The notes below the pieces were generated by a model. That model saw only the letters and a program-made list of their open reading frames with translations. It did not search any database and was not told the DNA's origin. This document shows, in pieces, positions 26,801-30,498 of a DNA stretch of 64,000 bases (position 1 is its first letter; every line of letters starts with the position of its first letter). The DNA lies in assembly GCA_043806135.1 (NCBI GenBank), contig JAZDHG010000098.1, positions 1,660-65,659 on the forward strand. Direction: 5' to 3'. Position numbers and translations under genes: made by a program. Source of the stretch: Candidatus Omnitrophota bacterium (lineage in GTDB: Bacteria > Omnitrophota > Gorgyraeia > B26-G9).

Positions 26801-29800
26801 GCTGATTGGTCCAAAGCACAGGATGCAGGAGCAAGGCCGGCTCGTTATATAATTGAAGCTTTAGCTATTCTTTTATATTTTCCATTTAGCGGTTGGATGG
26901 CAGCAGCTTTTGGTATTACAGCAGTTGTAGAGATTGCGATAGCTAAATTCATTCCGTCGCCGATGTACGGGCCGGATTTAAGATCAAGATTATTCCGCTA
27001 TATTGGATGGGGATCTTTGCTGTTATCCGGGTCATTCTTACCTTTAACCGGAGCCGTATCTATAGGATTTTACGCTCTGGTGATGTTGGCTATTACTGCA
27101 GAAATTTTCTGGGCAATATTTAATAAAAAACCATTATTTTCTTTGATCAGAAGCAAGGAACTAAAAAGTCCAGGGACAGAAGCTACTTTTCAAAAAGGTG
27201 AAGATTTCGATTCAAGAGCAAGTCAAACACAACGCGATACTATAGCTGGCTACACGAGAGAGAAAATAAGATACTATCGTGGTCTTAAATGGGGTGATAG
27301 CCTGGTTGATATTGATAATATCAGTACAGAAGTGCTGGATAAAATATTTGCTTCTGTTGAAATAAGAGCCCTATATGATGCAAATAAAGAAAAGTTAAGA
27401 AATATACGCAGGAACAATACTGAATACGAGAGCCTTAAAGAAACAATATGGGCTGGTATTTCAGCGCAGGAGCAGGAACTTTGGCTGACTGATAACAACA
27501 ACGATGAAAATCAGGCAAAGCAAGCGCTATATGAATATATGCAGGCATATGACCAGCATATATTGAAAAGTATGAAATATGAGGCAGAGGAGATAGTTCT
27601 GCCTGCTGTTTTAAATAGCCTGACTTCAGACATGAGGGCAATCAGAAGAATTAAGGCAGGGGTAACAAGCGGAGAGCTTGAGCAGCAGGTTTTAGATAGC
27701 AAAGCAGCTGACTTAAGAGAAAAATTTTGGAACGCTTTACCAGTTGAAATACAGCAATATCTGCTGTTTACAAATAATTTTGACAGGGAAGCTGTTTTAG
27801 ATCAGCTAATGAAAAAGCTTGAAGAAGTTACTAACGATAAAATTAAAGCTGATTTTAATAGAATCAAGGACTATATTGTTCCTCAAATAGTAGGACGCTA
27901 CAAACGACAGTTGATTGATGTTATAACTGGCAGGGTAGAGAAAAACAGCATTTTAAATTTTTATTATGTGGATAGTCTAATGAATATTCTTGATGAGATA
28001 ACAAGTTATGACAAGCAAGCATCAATTGATTTGTTGTTTGGATTGCTTTTGAGAGGGTTGCATAATTCATTAATTCCGGATATTAAACCCAAAGTCATAA
28101 TTGAAAAATTAATAGATAAGGGGTTAGATGAAGGACAGCTTGCTAAGATCAATTGGCTTACCGAGGTGTTGAGTAATGAAGAGATTGTCAATTTTGTAAG
28201 ATTGAACAGAACTAGTATTAGAATGGCTAAGTATGATAATGATTTAATACGAGAAATTGAATTGACCAGAGAATTGCTGGATTTGGTTGAAGGTATTAAT
28301 CCGGATGTTTTAAATAAGCTTAAGAGTATTTTTGAATCAGATGAGGAAGCACAAGCTTATCTATTCACAAGCTTGGATATAATAATTATCAAAGGAGCAA
28401 TTAAAAACATAAATGAATTCAATAATTTAAAAGAGAATGAAACAAGCAAACAATTATTCAATGAATTTGTATCTTCAAACTGGCAATATTTCTTAAGTGC
28501 TCATTTTTCAAATGACAATAATGCTGAGAAGTATTTAAAAGCTGCTTCCTGGGATATGTTGCCTTTAGATATAAAGGAAGCATATCTAGATATTGCTAAA
28601 GGTGATTTAGAATTAGCAAAAAAACTAGCTGTTGAAGGAAAAGGATGCAGTTACGCTACAGTATTAGGAACAGCTAAAGATAAAATTAAAAAAATATCGG
28701 AGGGATTGAAATCAATTAATAATGAAGAAAGAGATGATTTGCTGCGCTGGTTATCATCTGTTGGCGGAATTCAGGAAGTACAGACTGTTGAATCAGCATG
28801 GCTTCTCCAAAGGATAATAATAATGCTCGATGCAAATAAAGATAATTTTAAGGGTTTATTTAATGCAGATGATTTAAACATATTTATAATTGAGTTAATT
28901 ATTGCTAGCTCTGGAATTACTTCAAGAAGGTCCGAAATTGAGCAGGAATTGAGATTAGTTGTTAACACTTATTTAGCAATTCTTAATGAGGGGCTTGATA
29001 TAGATGCGTATATATTAAGCAAAGATGAACAGGGTCTTAAGAATAAATTGGTGAATACAGCGATTTTCTTATTTGGTAAAGTACTTGATGATTATCTTAA
29101 TTTCGAGAAATTGGCCTCTAATTATGGGCAGATAACTAATGAAATTAAAGAAGCATATCTTAATCAGCTTTATGCGGATTACGGGTTGACCGGTGTTGAG
29201 CCTATGCCGGTATGGATGTCTGAAATTGCGCGTGCACTTAAAAACCATATTTTAGACAGGCCATATCCTACATTTGATGGTTTTGTAAAGGAAATCTTTG
29301 ATGCTTTAAAAGCGAAATTACCCAATGATTCAGGTAAGCCTGGCGCACCGGTCACTTCTGCAGATTCGCCTGATAATCCAAATGCTCCTGCCCCTGGTAC
29401 AGGTACAGAAGTTGTTTATCAGGAAAGTACAGCGGATACTGGTACAACAGGAGCAGAATCTAAAGTTGAAGAGATTATTGACTTAACACCTGAGATGATG
29501 GTTAGACCTGAAGAGGATAAAATTATTGACCTTGTAGATGTTGTTGAAGAACGTGAATTACCGGTTCCGGATAAGGGAGACATAACTGAAGAGGAAGCTC
29601 TTGAAGGGGATGTTGATTTAGTTGCGTATAGGAAATCATTAGAAGAACCTGACCAGGCTGTTATGGATGCTTTAGATGAAATCCTTATTAATGAGCCGAT
29701 GGCTGAAGAACCTGATCTGGATGCTGCTGTAAATATAATGGAAACATATCTTATGGAGATAGAACGTCAATTAGGCGAAGAAACGCGTAATGGATTTAGA

Positions 29801-30283
29801 GACTTTGTGGAGGAGTTTGGCTTTGGTGATTTAATAAAAACGCAAACAGAGCAGATTGTGAGATTATTGCTTATACTCTATATGGTTAGTAAAGAAGTAA
29901 CGATTAATATATTTGATTTACCCGATGATCCGGCTGGTTTTATAAATGCCATGGAACATCTCAATATTAATTATAAAGCGATTGAAGATGAGATTATTAA
30001 CACTGATTTGAATGTTAAGGCAAAACTTGAAAGCGGGCAATCAGTAGGACTCTTTAATGGTTTATTAGAGATAAGGGTTAATGAAAGAGGTCAAGATAAG
30101 GTTTTGGTATTAACAGTTTCAGAGTCTGCTGACAAAGAAAAGATCATTGACTTAACACCGGAGATGATCATTAAGCCTGAAGCTCAAAAGGCTACTGAAG
30201 ACGCTTTAGATAAGGCAATACCCGGAATTGAGAAAAAATTAACGCTTGAAGATACCAGAGAGCTTATTGGTAATGCAATTTAG
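2894..30283 (+). CDS. Giant 9129-aa multidomain membrane protein (SecA-like ATPase, 2x M23, 2x LysM, six-hairpin glycosidase-like, YD-like repeats, HhH-like, GT48/FKS-like glucan synthase)
   Basis: Uninterrupted 27.4-kb ORF with recognisable motifs along its length. Leader FRIISAFIIQSFLIMDIAFAAG; ends LIGNAI. The start may be ATG 2903. Confidence 0.92.
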   Translation: MIKMFNAGKKYNLAFRIISAFIIQSFLIMDIAFAAGGDLRWIKKPQVPQSNLAPTFNMEKGAFRTRFDLIVSLMNAFKNKDELNLEQMRSMGIKYFTDSILQLRGENEVLYIYESDSKDIPAFLQKSDNKVRFNGYVIAAVTLSELERAEKPAFDISKEEFKKQGLFPRLRIKVEEYQRRKQFIDTSGHYKLAASLLNEAIDLPEMVEELLSNTGNLKKLYAVLGKAKKKYNLEKEINSSQRLFIINALRDFDFMPKETIDELKWRAEQEGINVKQLERLSLAKLRVEGAAQAIKTQRPINVFEAIKDITSLEKEMLDLTDEQLKGKTAELRDRLYGKGNFSGKQENWEDVLPEAAAVFREALRRKHPDHPLLYDVQMIAGIVVSFGGKLLQQSTGEGKTFTTALGAYLLSLRDEIKTGVHCATVNNYLAQRDAEEVGNVFQALGMSVSALGEDHKGIKIVNGRAEDTDRRSAYESDIVYGTAHGYGFDYLQDHLSTRVGTKVQKGFFASVIDEADEILVEEANTPLVMSGAAEEMPEKERNINYQIDNLIRSLMTRNENQKYFKIKLDGGDSRSVTFTEAGYDYIYGILSGMSEEELNDPNRSFNEELDSEWAYLRAIADNALKVHHLYVKDTKSDEAIAIEEGKIRYAVANGEVLTVATGRTQEGRRFKDGIHQALEAKEHNEEVLAGITPTIEVRQDPETVASISLQSFFKNYLILSGLTGTTQGIEQEVAETYDLDTLNIPTNKPSIRQDLPDVIFKTKEQKDAAVAADVINEHENATPVLIGTGGVNESAEMALKIQQAFPRAVGTEIIDSKEALISLAARILNREVNENNLFKALEEIKTKGDFGKETPIFVLNDTTKHLEKEIVLLSGLKGSITVATDMAGRGTDFKLVDFARMVQGLYVIGTEYPESLRTEYQLRGRSARQGQPGRTRFYISLEDKLFTGLGADIPKKLADAIKNSGSEISGKIKLSITVLRGKRLSNAFKQRQELSKDDATLNVYRKVIYNLVDNLIDEEQPVDIASILFSLYGDKISAQTLEMQKSALLEKMSEDDVKAIIVDLLTTHWTYFINGLETISKTRGLSDQLSGKDEKVNRALYEKKTSEIFDEMLSDLKENVFAALLMPFMSENDRAALNSEAEETIALEKEGASIFDKLDPEEIAQRIKKGLNITVKEKVPSIAERFSKWVFGEERGTTALLSSVLAKGFYAFITIAGIFGGVITPAKTEASIIPSDEGLTVKVQETKAEFSLNDKRKTQILAEISFAKIAQLVDLKLRSSEFQEKYTGRPKEQLQSLAYDEVIRDIIKKSELGQDVLASLNDIKEVELESIPVVQRAQSDVLSGIVADTTLQQVVKKFRIPVKTPYRTNLMSEFEAIRDQGRRIHQGFDFLVQAGTDIYPAMPGKVIFSGALNGYGNMVLLEHEVADSTTGLVNYFYTLYGHNESNLVKAGDYIGVDTVIAKAGVTGNASSATGGCLHFEIKQTTQKVTNYAKYLNLAALDPEVVLGKNLYLPADINKREPILVASADPNMPLFAADRREKTKQPKPVEARTQTRSIIGGQIRHEVAPGQTLSMIAEKFFVNGTSGEKIREFYNKQHPEAPMKNLMLLTGKTLVLDIDEEIASLLRPEDKDISIQRPDSEFSNITENIRIREQGIEGIVNLPVRLKGGKTSFEFDERTKFMALRGENKDKKNPGVDFVLKEETPVYAAAPGEVFFVGKAEAYGNLVIIHHTVKDQRENINHFYSLYAHNKSNNVKVGQLVDATTQISVAGKTGKPPISDADAVLHFEIRRGIEKLENHQEYLHDASYSALYPGIALKTQVLNPELFFNKTFDSGLKAGRLIVPQNEYKPLSARNIEQDKVISRQDLEYRIAQSMRNRNLNIIPEGLMNAIVYQQLAKEFGVEFYQPEAGLKGDDYFEKLMKAVRAKHGEDVLIVEGHFNSVPEMMFFFKENGIQYISKVKHGEVKQKKHEYPDVSAMIKEYAVVAEFGSAELFCSLQQEDYQRYKMEFKKMLQLYIDNHPECKGKKIVFIPGHGGANYKTSYYIGPQGHSTGANISRSIVKSTLAEYDKYTQDLLTAALEKEHQLPKVVQEITRTELAVMDSRLEPVAGQEGIVIRDLAPIPVISKEKVITPNEKIIKQPVAPKTPEPTAGEFQKKKWEYTVKHGDTLSGIAKKLLGRADLWEKLREDYNKQHPQRQIQITTNENTGIINALIYAGEKLTLDIDRDIAALITPQARENLGIVLSAGGPPPLAPLPPQEKPEITAPLAVPAYVAADDKKQLDKEKVAVRAAELMEKAKSKQGEEIYYPENPTPERNYERGIAKAIIQVMINNKDGGHFAVAENPALQGELKDLGNLHFYFRDTGKEINARDKRLYELIQKDIADKTTKAADIEIWIGKKGTPGAKPYIPTIKDDLTKKEKQLVFDSLLDISNVQHLLHFYKFPTQLEKRDEFGRGQEFTSPTEIREHQEKGFPFDIWIEKRDTQEKLIRIFGPQSKDWQQFVKPPDPTDKDRTYIQFKPDFLDLVNKSSVVNKKELIRLWEDSERTGDYAYRLHFGSVAASKTLEGVNSYALARALQLEVADKILSNLDIEAQQGLINRANSEGIVSLGPNVPVKGVAGQIPENPMMKKSPYIGAIVVQREGNPVKVNTYFQSENLNQNYAEELKLPRLEKTGFDIVYYFYKDSQGNIQHRRMHFLSYNRQGKLVEVNARSAHDIIVLETDKKAEENGDWSKSDVLWFGKNATNKEILNVSIGTLMHQIAVENAHKTAKQLKRRMVFEAVLLPINVLGGYGVGGIVSKLSQPWAQAGIRLIYDMLFTAWELPTGAKMQGPPSKDTVETFISSYLFFTQGPGKNREQKGLEFITTEDKSGNLTITDEEFRTYVENQKKDTKSPLNLWLTMAMDDEASKGFVKYVQGQRKFAIAMFSIGILDNLARLNTESYNTPGNAFKDILASRYFSLTGEVNVLAVIGAIAGNDVLGAGVHMGAFREGWGNFWENYLNFFGVTVDAKAVINTLSTLFTKDGSKVFEYTPEVPQRRAFSLYFLGFPIMTYFDLKNTEGFINSSTSFAFEMESSKNPFNKKWWKDKVTQYTEDEFKQLKLVPLGKVKAEGENGQPIWRVYYINADTGGIVFLGDKGYKSKLQRLKDDVQLFDRFMSLIGEGGGRIEKKSYDAGAVVEIKRTTPSQQQSSQQPIPDLTGKMLSFALNVRHPLTGVSPSHVYDTKATANNINWAFTYDMALQSLGFSAGGLSKESDALLDYFVQNRWLYRYEEKGKFNGGVYNAIDISQLPTDTQKPIADFRNDAGNSNWVAAALIKGAMRHVSDPNAWQAVLDEQREDRQKASANFIKTGDINKIFEGRGETQWRFLGLRTTKLKVFLESLDVKGKQYLSQAEKIAESLISLQDKDGGIRHGPTELNIKSTEENINAFGLFMMLHDVTGESKYKDAAKKILQWLPKVYDTTQGMFLRGMQNKSKEDQPAKWEVDHIYATDANALAIIVIGPQILDKLKSKNEYISADKIMGSLADRKVELLTESGDKILGYDYTDKVGRGDRDAVISPEMTAHVVKAHKVMSRYYAEQGEDLIADIHAKQAESLLTSIQQLAVNSLLGISFPDSTLPKDAIGGQIKRYHDSNFNTVSLASLNSLWIVLAKEDVNPFDVRANDQVPLMPVSISEEKGFNAEIIKQKTTIQTLLIRKQNDPKSWTDNDELELNQSIEKINEMIREYTKGAIFTATEEDETTLKRIIELLSNKAKGIQLTDAEIKELEQKKASHPYYEGWIRLSALSEKKFIMSKFEQIKQLLTKKAKEMQLKELGQELDRQTGVEEKKRLQEEIQKLKDKIAISEELKDQKFVVLINETIDGYFGKGEEKSVERESTRNRFFGKLSNTPAEDVVVGLIEKLYGKNRLLSEDIFKGVYQYFNAEDNSVVTVTLIAPAQAIEVERIKREKEQETAAKQYKLLDEGGVIITDKSTGRLIEIRVGDKQKGVDVLGDFLGRIKNMVAADEINAAQMQKIMRDRWVFTIPKTSSQAVDINGQKQDQDITVTLVFPYHSEYVREETNLRTGESELRIFNYGLLDRVITRDKITVMKYNDLDVEISSDVYVNETGEIIKDAKEGSYLQKTETVAFDTKDVDPVSKAVSPVVIKKVTDPASHAVKYEVYKDYELPVMTFSEKYVTIIEFDEWGREKTSRTYVNTGSLDKPRWGKQPVLSSEVLPLVGELDVKGRPATWDKNSKWSSKLVIDHERNKHFVEVRDQYGRLIKKYDGKMEEKPGAEQNKLQVIPYGANQPFEIDARDPQGRRFVVEKETSFYHKYEERFAALGVDASVMNLLGLQGTAMVGETYLYEFNPKTGQGKRVSEDPVGRSVAQVQRPQKTGIEKYFDDQGNVLLQMSAPRQKLVWQQVIDNQGRKVTDYYGYLVDAQGRRVTDISKYKGDIDKLRFVREKVSYSIYTIGQLNVLRKQYPKLYDELKTELKNLNVDIESEQFLKDLISQGKIDVALMGVTFSYDDKTKAPIELAAFSTVQKNEKNKYISDGGEVLVISKDTQKKEATQQIIDSEGRIKLKYNGRFDSKAKRFIREKITKFFYTYEDRFAGEYFINPEFARDMKILGLYGVAMVGETFTYDDTTGRQSKEPIAYSFLRTFKDGNYVDNEGNILVQMTNANQHMSRQDVINNQGHTIIRYLGKLIDPETKEFEKAQSSRFFYSTQQLEEFSQNEKTKGLYTQLIKEYAALGWDIESPAFKADLNRYGKFGVALIGATYIYDQENDKEVALMSVSRIKKNEQGAHIDAQGNVLVEMKNIINNLHWQELIDNSGRIQVKYDGVVIDGQFIRNQKTYYFYDYASYDAYRKAHPELKAELDAWEEKLTKLKKVNVQGIMDELGRRNIALFGFTYLYDEANAVAEDVIKELGLNSDNKELLNDIKNEVFAIAQPDKQKSQLAVKKLTELLGSKYNFIITDQKLEGIVKDSRLKLAASTKYSQVADTEALAFSSLNVMQGDGTDVKDYFSEKEGEKGNISVQNVRLKQQLTWEEIKDNFGRPVKVYDYQLGKDKKYHPIKVSNYYYVYQDRFSKLGVTERAMNEMGRLGFAMVGETYLLKRDSKEALVSVSVMVPHKNTTGSKFNDYFNKRGEMIIELDNQRTHLVWREVKDAHGRVLVSIDGNKENGIFKPQKATRFYYDFEKRVFDSIATKMEKDWAKLGITKDKMGVEMLNAMSRLGKFDIATLGSTYLYDGRYEYGINPDLDQLNESENRLLAVSILGKFEKNEYEKNVPAGETDYINDAGYVKAMIYDAKTKLLWVGLKDNKGDIRVKYAGYEYMNPQTKQDEFKWVWVSRINYNWPDELENLGALGIAYDSKTYFYYDPPAGKKIERVDFHKLAPEITELVIRNGKNDLEDILKKKLAPYVQGKHHARKIIKEIQDLPKIDDNQAKSNAIMDILVKYFSHNINYEFGEGDYLVTESQIVPFNYDPNDPKKKLEFIDKKGNVIFHMHQVKRNLDYQEVKDNKGRIIILFDGDLEPGKKFDLRYQVFNRNIMSFSYFEDNDLDAVGISNRGEAFFSRTNEETLQGLSLTTLEKAKAAFRVYRGTLRGDQLLKFDQAVKKAGGEDAVAAKFHKAVLTILKSNYSEPKNILRFISPADIAENIFIQRNSYNLDDFLEMHLAGMCSGLFEDKVSRSWLVEIDKEFFWDTSSEQNKKKWLTRNGNDKSAAKEALFKYMKWDRLTNDVKQQWLARYENNEARAKEAFYKDNLTSIDRYINAEGSIQYEGEEHWRSDITKDGRPMSTKADVHYRKIKDKLGRVMNHIWGYWDKQSDFRGIMQLRARFDTLYGKFGIADVTTAFLTEQGWTLFNYSKAVNLEYETGAVDYAVVKTLVPEDKKEALKMDESRAAPLEKKFEDSWVLFRLPKPRAELIRELINIRPSTAQGDIADKIIDKMIKDKYYKEGFTDEEDVVAFFEKEGIKLDFKTDSEFISRLYRGLQHRTATIAVAPKGDAAERPKVIQMWMEIKNKKGELEIIFNGYVDRISEAGKKGQIKQIELEKTYVTFLEYLEKKNMGLSQRSSTFDFNPNFMKNGQSTEKMLKQFKAKISLRASTDQLILLPDGTMVYDMKDTSKDKLALVRTLYYPDGRIKFQISKKMMGEDPRWRIDVFDERQNLVATLRDDTSRTPEEVISNLGNIENWRPYEIHHSVHTEYAHTFVLTDMVGETGISTFAGQKALLLSNGKPLIKGTNIHQNIGLSQKEHFSDKAVPYEETKYINRQLWWLYFDKFQNNFINQVGNIGKHQLERFNIKLTSERFRDEQLFADLLQEANAQKAKDDIQQGAAVKVSYLKDGQMQEVEIAPRGLGFKIKKIFDYKIQVPFTGWYVFWWTMPLALGIYLLGANRITSWWWGRKARKAKEKGRNNINRMCEDEIKDLLLPDKKNAKELEKTDAVNIASQIVDRRRRVKSFMDEAEVEEFLGKLGVTAETISRIMDNIVVADIIPDFYNDANLRLQQVNRMNEQELAKLLMQAGVEKETALNASEAFVKELADKKPFIKALGQNGFETLDQVKAFLRDHGIAYKILNTIFGSGDLLRAPPRSAQSRQQVIDELQEILAAADISLDELNKVLSEKLPDPKDSFDSTLTPPIALIVKNLLDEEGLGLLTREQFKEVINELIEKLRNNKRIPSAIDYYVIEECIDKAFSPIVKQYLMDLDPNNELEGEYERLIKMRLSEVLSVMIKNPYGIRKKESGTYKGEYEIEEPEMIGLDKDNALKKEAFDGEPAPFTLRFQAWQSVFLLPYYPYKLGSALASRSTLTRYLFRKSFALYMDKRANEILPLMRLHVQLWRAIIVDQIQGKLEPYRRNNIGINERLIDDPTILFGQEDMDDLFRYYEDPINELNINLSQEVGNIKNQPDEKTASDYIQKLVDSKLKPAVDKALNEHESFIGTYRLGWLAFWHELMTPFRALYSKWTGKEQRFWTEGTEKGPAGLKSKKGKRFWQQTMIVTAFFNFIMGYIVIEYAIAWGIALGFPLGLVFIFSVLPFLIFMPLTYFSIKEMGVTFVSWLTERRQKIAPINNWVWGWSRSRLKNHLDKIFIDTNGELKIEDYSGKTRVQVWNEGVEHLFEIAKISETERNDYLFGLEDMINAASVRSKLNRMKLAKPKNKEARQRLRRWIAGYLRYKPGIEGFERLPTFSIFILNGGGDEAYYFFADDLLKRRVEKGVIEDTTHLQYLKNRYDDEFDNLMHLIDTKWNVLKSLLDKNDAKVISEFVESIRDLSFGQEIDVTQIRAKLTDQESINEFDSLVEMIEDWANYRLSTTWRWTQSHKYMRQRYYEYIENYYQNELFKILKMERDGKELTEEEAKTIAGMTQDQKVEYYEKIAAEYTRLVDLKYQFINSESATKAQNNPNFLRINFDTMTEEDLKSLDIGNAKQKRILIDYKKYKAEYIKYYMPSKPDGKQINPNIIGKQGDQIRFSKYGQASFSSPYVRGEIVWGMDTHLEIDYEETPNMLRTLTEFNRNPKLGVVLSTITIFVEKLNAIGRAMALAEQAWQSSVMRAKETVDVLGYYGKGIYRNDFMNKYEGLQDDYVSEDIVTAFMFMLFGLMTKHVSYLKLQWRMPPPLKSIIVPLAKWAAGSVEFLLRRQFKRVLASRIIPWNEKFGTMVSAAHYWKKPFVILGVISFTVVGLIMTGLLMPVNPFLSLSFPLFWIVMGAFFAEAINLPSFWSHSEREGSYLKGVGATLWGIATNFVFFNMLIPLYVIKGINEGVWARPVFLPTDKELKLEKPLKATYEYFRKEFGSWPAKIAAVLLPITMLVVPVTVMLLGTWFLYFFALGAWVFSPYILSFAIRSKILTVFNKYIKEKFAKKAIDQKRKSFAQVWTENFRQDMFDQNIFRGVFSGIGNLYIRPAWRGIHERLFKKGSWFDRHFYVVPSTILSLVASGHIIAMLCAPAISVLTTPFIILFLLYFPLRLLFTPKYDETTFTLKEQWKEAGINFKPADWSKAQDAGARPARYIIEALAILLYFPFSGWMAAAFGITAVVEIAIAKFIPSPMYGPDLRSRLFRYIGWGSLLLSGSFLPLTGAVSIGFYALVMLAITAEIFWAIFNKKPLFSLIRSKELKSPGTEATFQKGEDFDSRASQTQRDTIAGYTREKIRYYRGLKWGDSLVDIDNISTEVLDKIFASVEIRALYDANKEKLRNIRRNNTEYESLKETIWAGISAQEQELWLTDNNNDENQAKQALYEYMQAYDQHILKSMKYEAEEIVLPAVLNSLTSDMRAIRRIKAGVTSGELEQQVLDSKAADLREKFWNALPVEIQQYLLFTNNFDREAVLDQLMKKLEEVTNDKIKADFNRIKDYIVPQIVGRYKRQLIDVITGRVEKNSILNFYYVDSLMNILDEITSYDKQASIDLLFGLLLRGLHNSLIPDIKPKVIIEKLIDKGLDEGQLAKINWLTEVLSNEEIVNFVRLNRTSIRMAKYDNDLIREIELTRELLDLVEGINPDVLNKLKSIFESDEEAQAYLFTSLDIIIIKGAIKNINEFNNLKENETSKQLFNEFVSSNWQYFLSAHFSNDNNAEKYLKAASWDMLPLDIKEAYLDIAKGDLELAKKLAVEGKGCSYATVLGTAKDKIKKISEGLKSINNEERDDLLRWLSSVGGIQEVQTVESAWLLQRIIIMLDANKDNFKGLFNADDLNIFIIELIIASSGITSRRSEIEQELRLVVNTYLAILNEGLDIDAYILSKDEQGLKNKLVNTAIFLFGKVLDDYLNFEKLASNYGQITNEIKEAYLNQLYADYGLTGVEPMPVWMSEIARALKNHILDRPYPTFDGFVKEIFDALKAKLPNDSGKPGAPVTSADSPDNPNAPAPGTGTEVVYQESTADTGTTGAESKVEEIIDLTPEMMVRPEEDKIIDLVDVVEERELPVPDKGDITEEEALEGDVDLVAYRKSLEEPDQAVMDALDEILINEPMAEEPDLDAAVNIMETYLMEIERQLGEETRNGFRDFVEEFGFGDLIKTQTEQIVRLLLILYMVSKEVTINIFDLPDDPAGFINAMEHLNINYKAIEDEIINTDLNVKAKLESGQSVGLFNGLLEIRVNERGQDKVLVLTVSESADKEKIIDLTPEMIIKPEAQKATEDALDKAIPGIEKKLTLEDTRELIGNAI
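3800..6270 (+). other. SecA-like DEAD ATPase domain within the giant ORF
   Basis: STGEGKT (Walker A), VNNYLAQRD, IDEADEILVEEANTPL, GIHQALEAKE, GLTGT, ATDMAGRGTD and QLRGRSARQGQPG occur in SecA order. Confidence 0.92.
6960..8380 (+). other. Tandem M23 peptidase domains with an intervening LysM, within the giant ORF
   Basis: Copy 1: HQGFD..YGH..LHFE. Copy 2: NPGVD..YAH..LHFE. LysM: HEVAPGQTLSMIAEKF at 7583. Confidence 0.88.
9371..9590 (+). other. Second LysM domain within the giant ORF
   Basis: YTVKHGDTLSGIAKKLLG; shares YNKQHP and LxLDIDxxIAxL with the first LysM. Confidence 0.8.
12500..13852 (+). other. Six-hairpin (alpha/alpha) glycosidase-like domain within the giant ORF
   Basis: FTYDMAL, STEENI, ATDANAL, GYDY, ISPEMTA and AKEDVNPF are colinear with motifs in ORF 58067-60013. 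Confidence 0.7.
15629..20925 (+). repeat. About 11 degenerate YD/RHS-like protein repeats within the giant ORF
   Basis: Recurring units such as EVRDQYGRLIKKYDG, QIIDSEGRIKLKYNG, ELIDNSGRIQVKYDG, EVKDAHGRVLVSIDG and EVKDNKGRIIILFDG, plus AMVGETY/F and YIDxxGNV motifs. Confidence 0.75.
23800..27120 (+). other. FKS/callose-synthase-like (GT48) glucan synthase domain with flanking TM helices, within the giant ORF
   Basis: PKNKEARQR, LPTFS, LQYLKNRYDDEFDN, WANYRLSTTWR, VRGEIVWGMD, VSEDI, HVSY and KWAAGSVE are colinear with FKS1 motifs; multiple TM segments follow. Confidence 0.75.
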
Positions 30284-30498
30284 AAAAAGAGTAGCGAGTA
30301 GCAAGGAGCAAGTAGCGAGAAAAAAGAACGAAGACCGAAGGACGAGAAATAAGTTATGAATGACGAATTATGAATTATGAGTGAAAAGCTGAGGTATTGT
30401 AGCAAAAGTAACAGAATAAGAAAAACAAAGACACGAGAGAGTATTTTTTACTATCAGCCATGAGCTATTAGCTATCAGCTGATTACGGAGTAATCACA

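Noticed and set aside
30284-30498. CRISPR array in the repetitive intergenic DNA
   Set aside because: Units are degenerate 7-9-mers without constant repeats or unique spacers, and there are no cas genes; the HEPN gene belongs to an MNT-HEPN TA pair.
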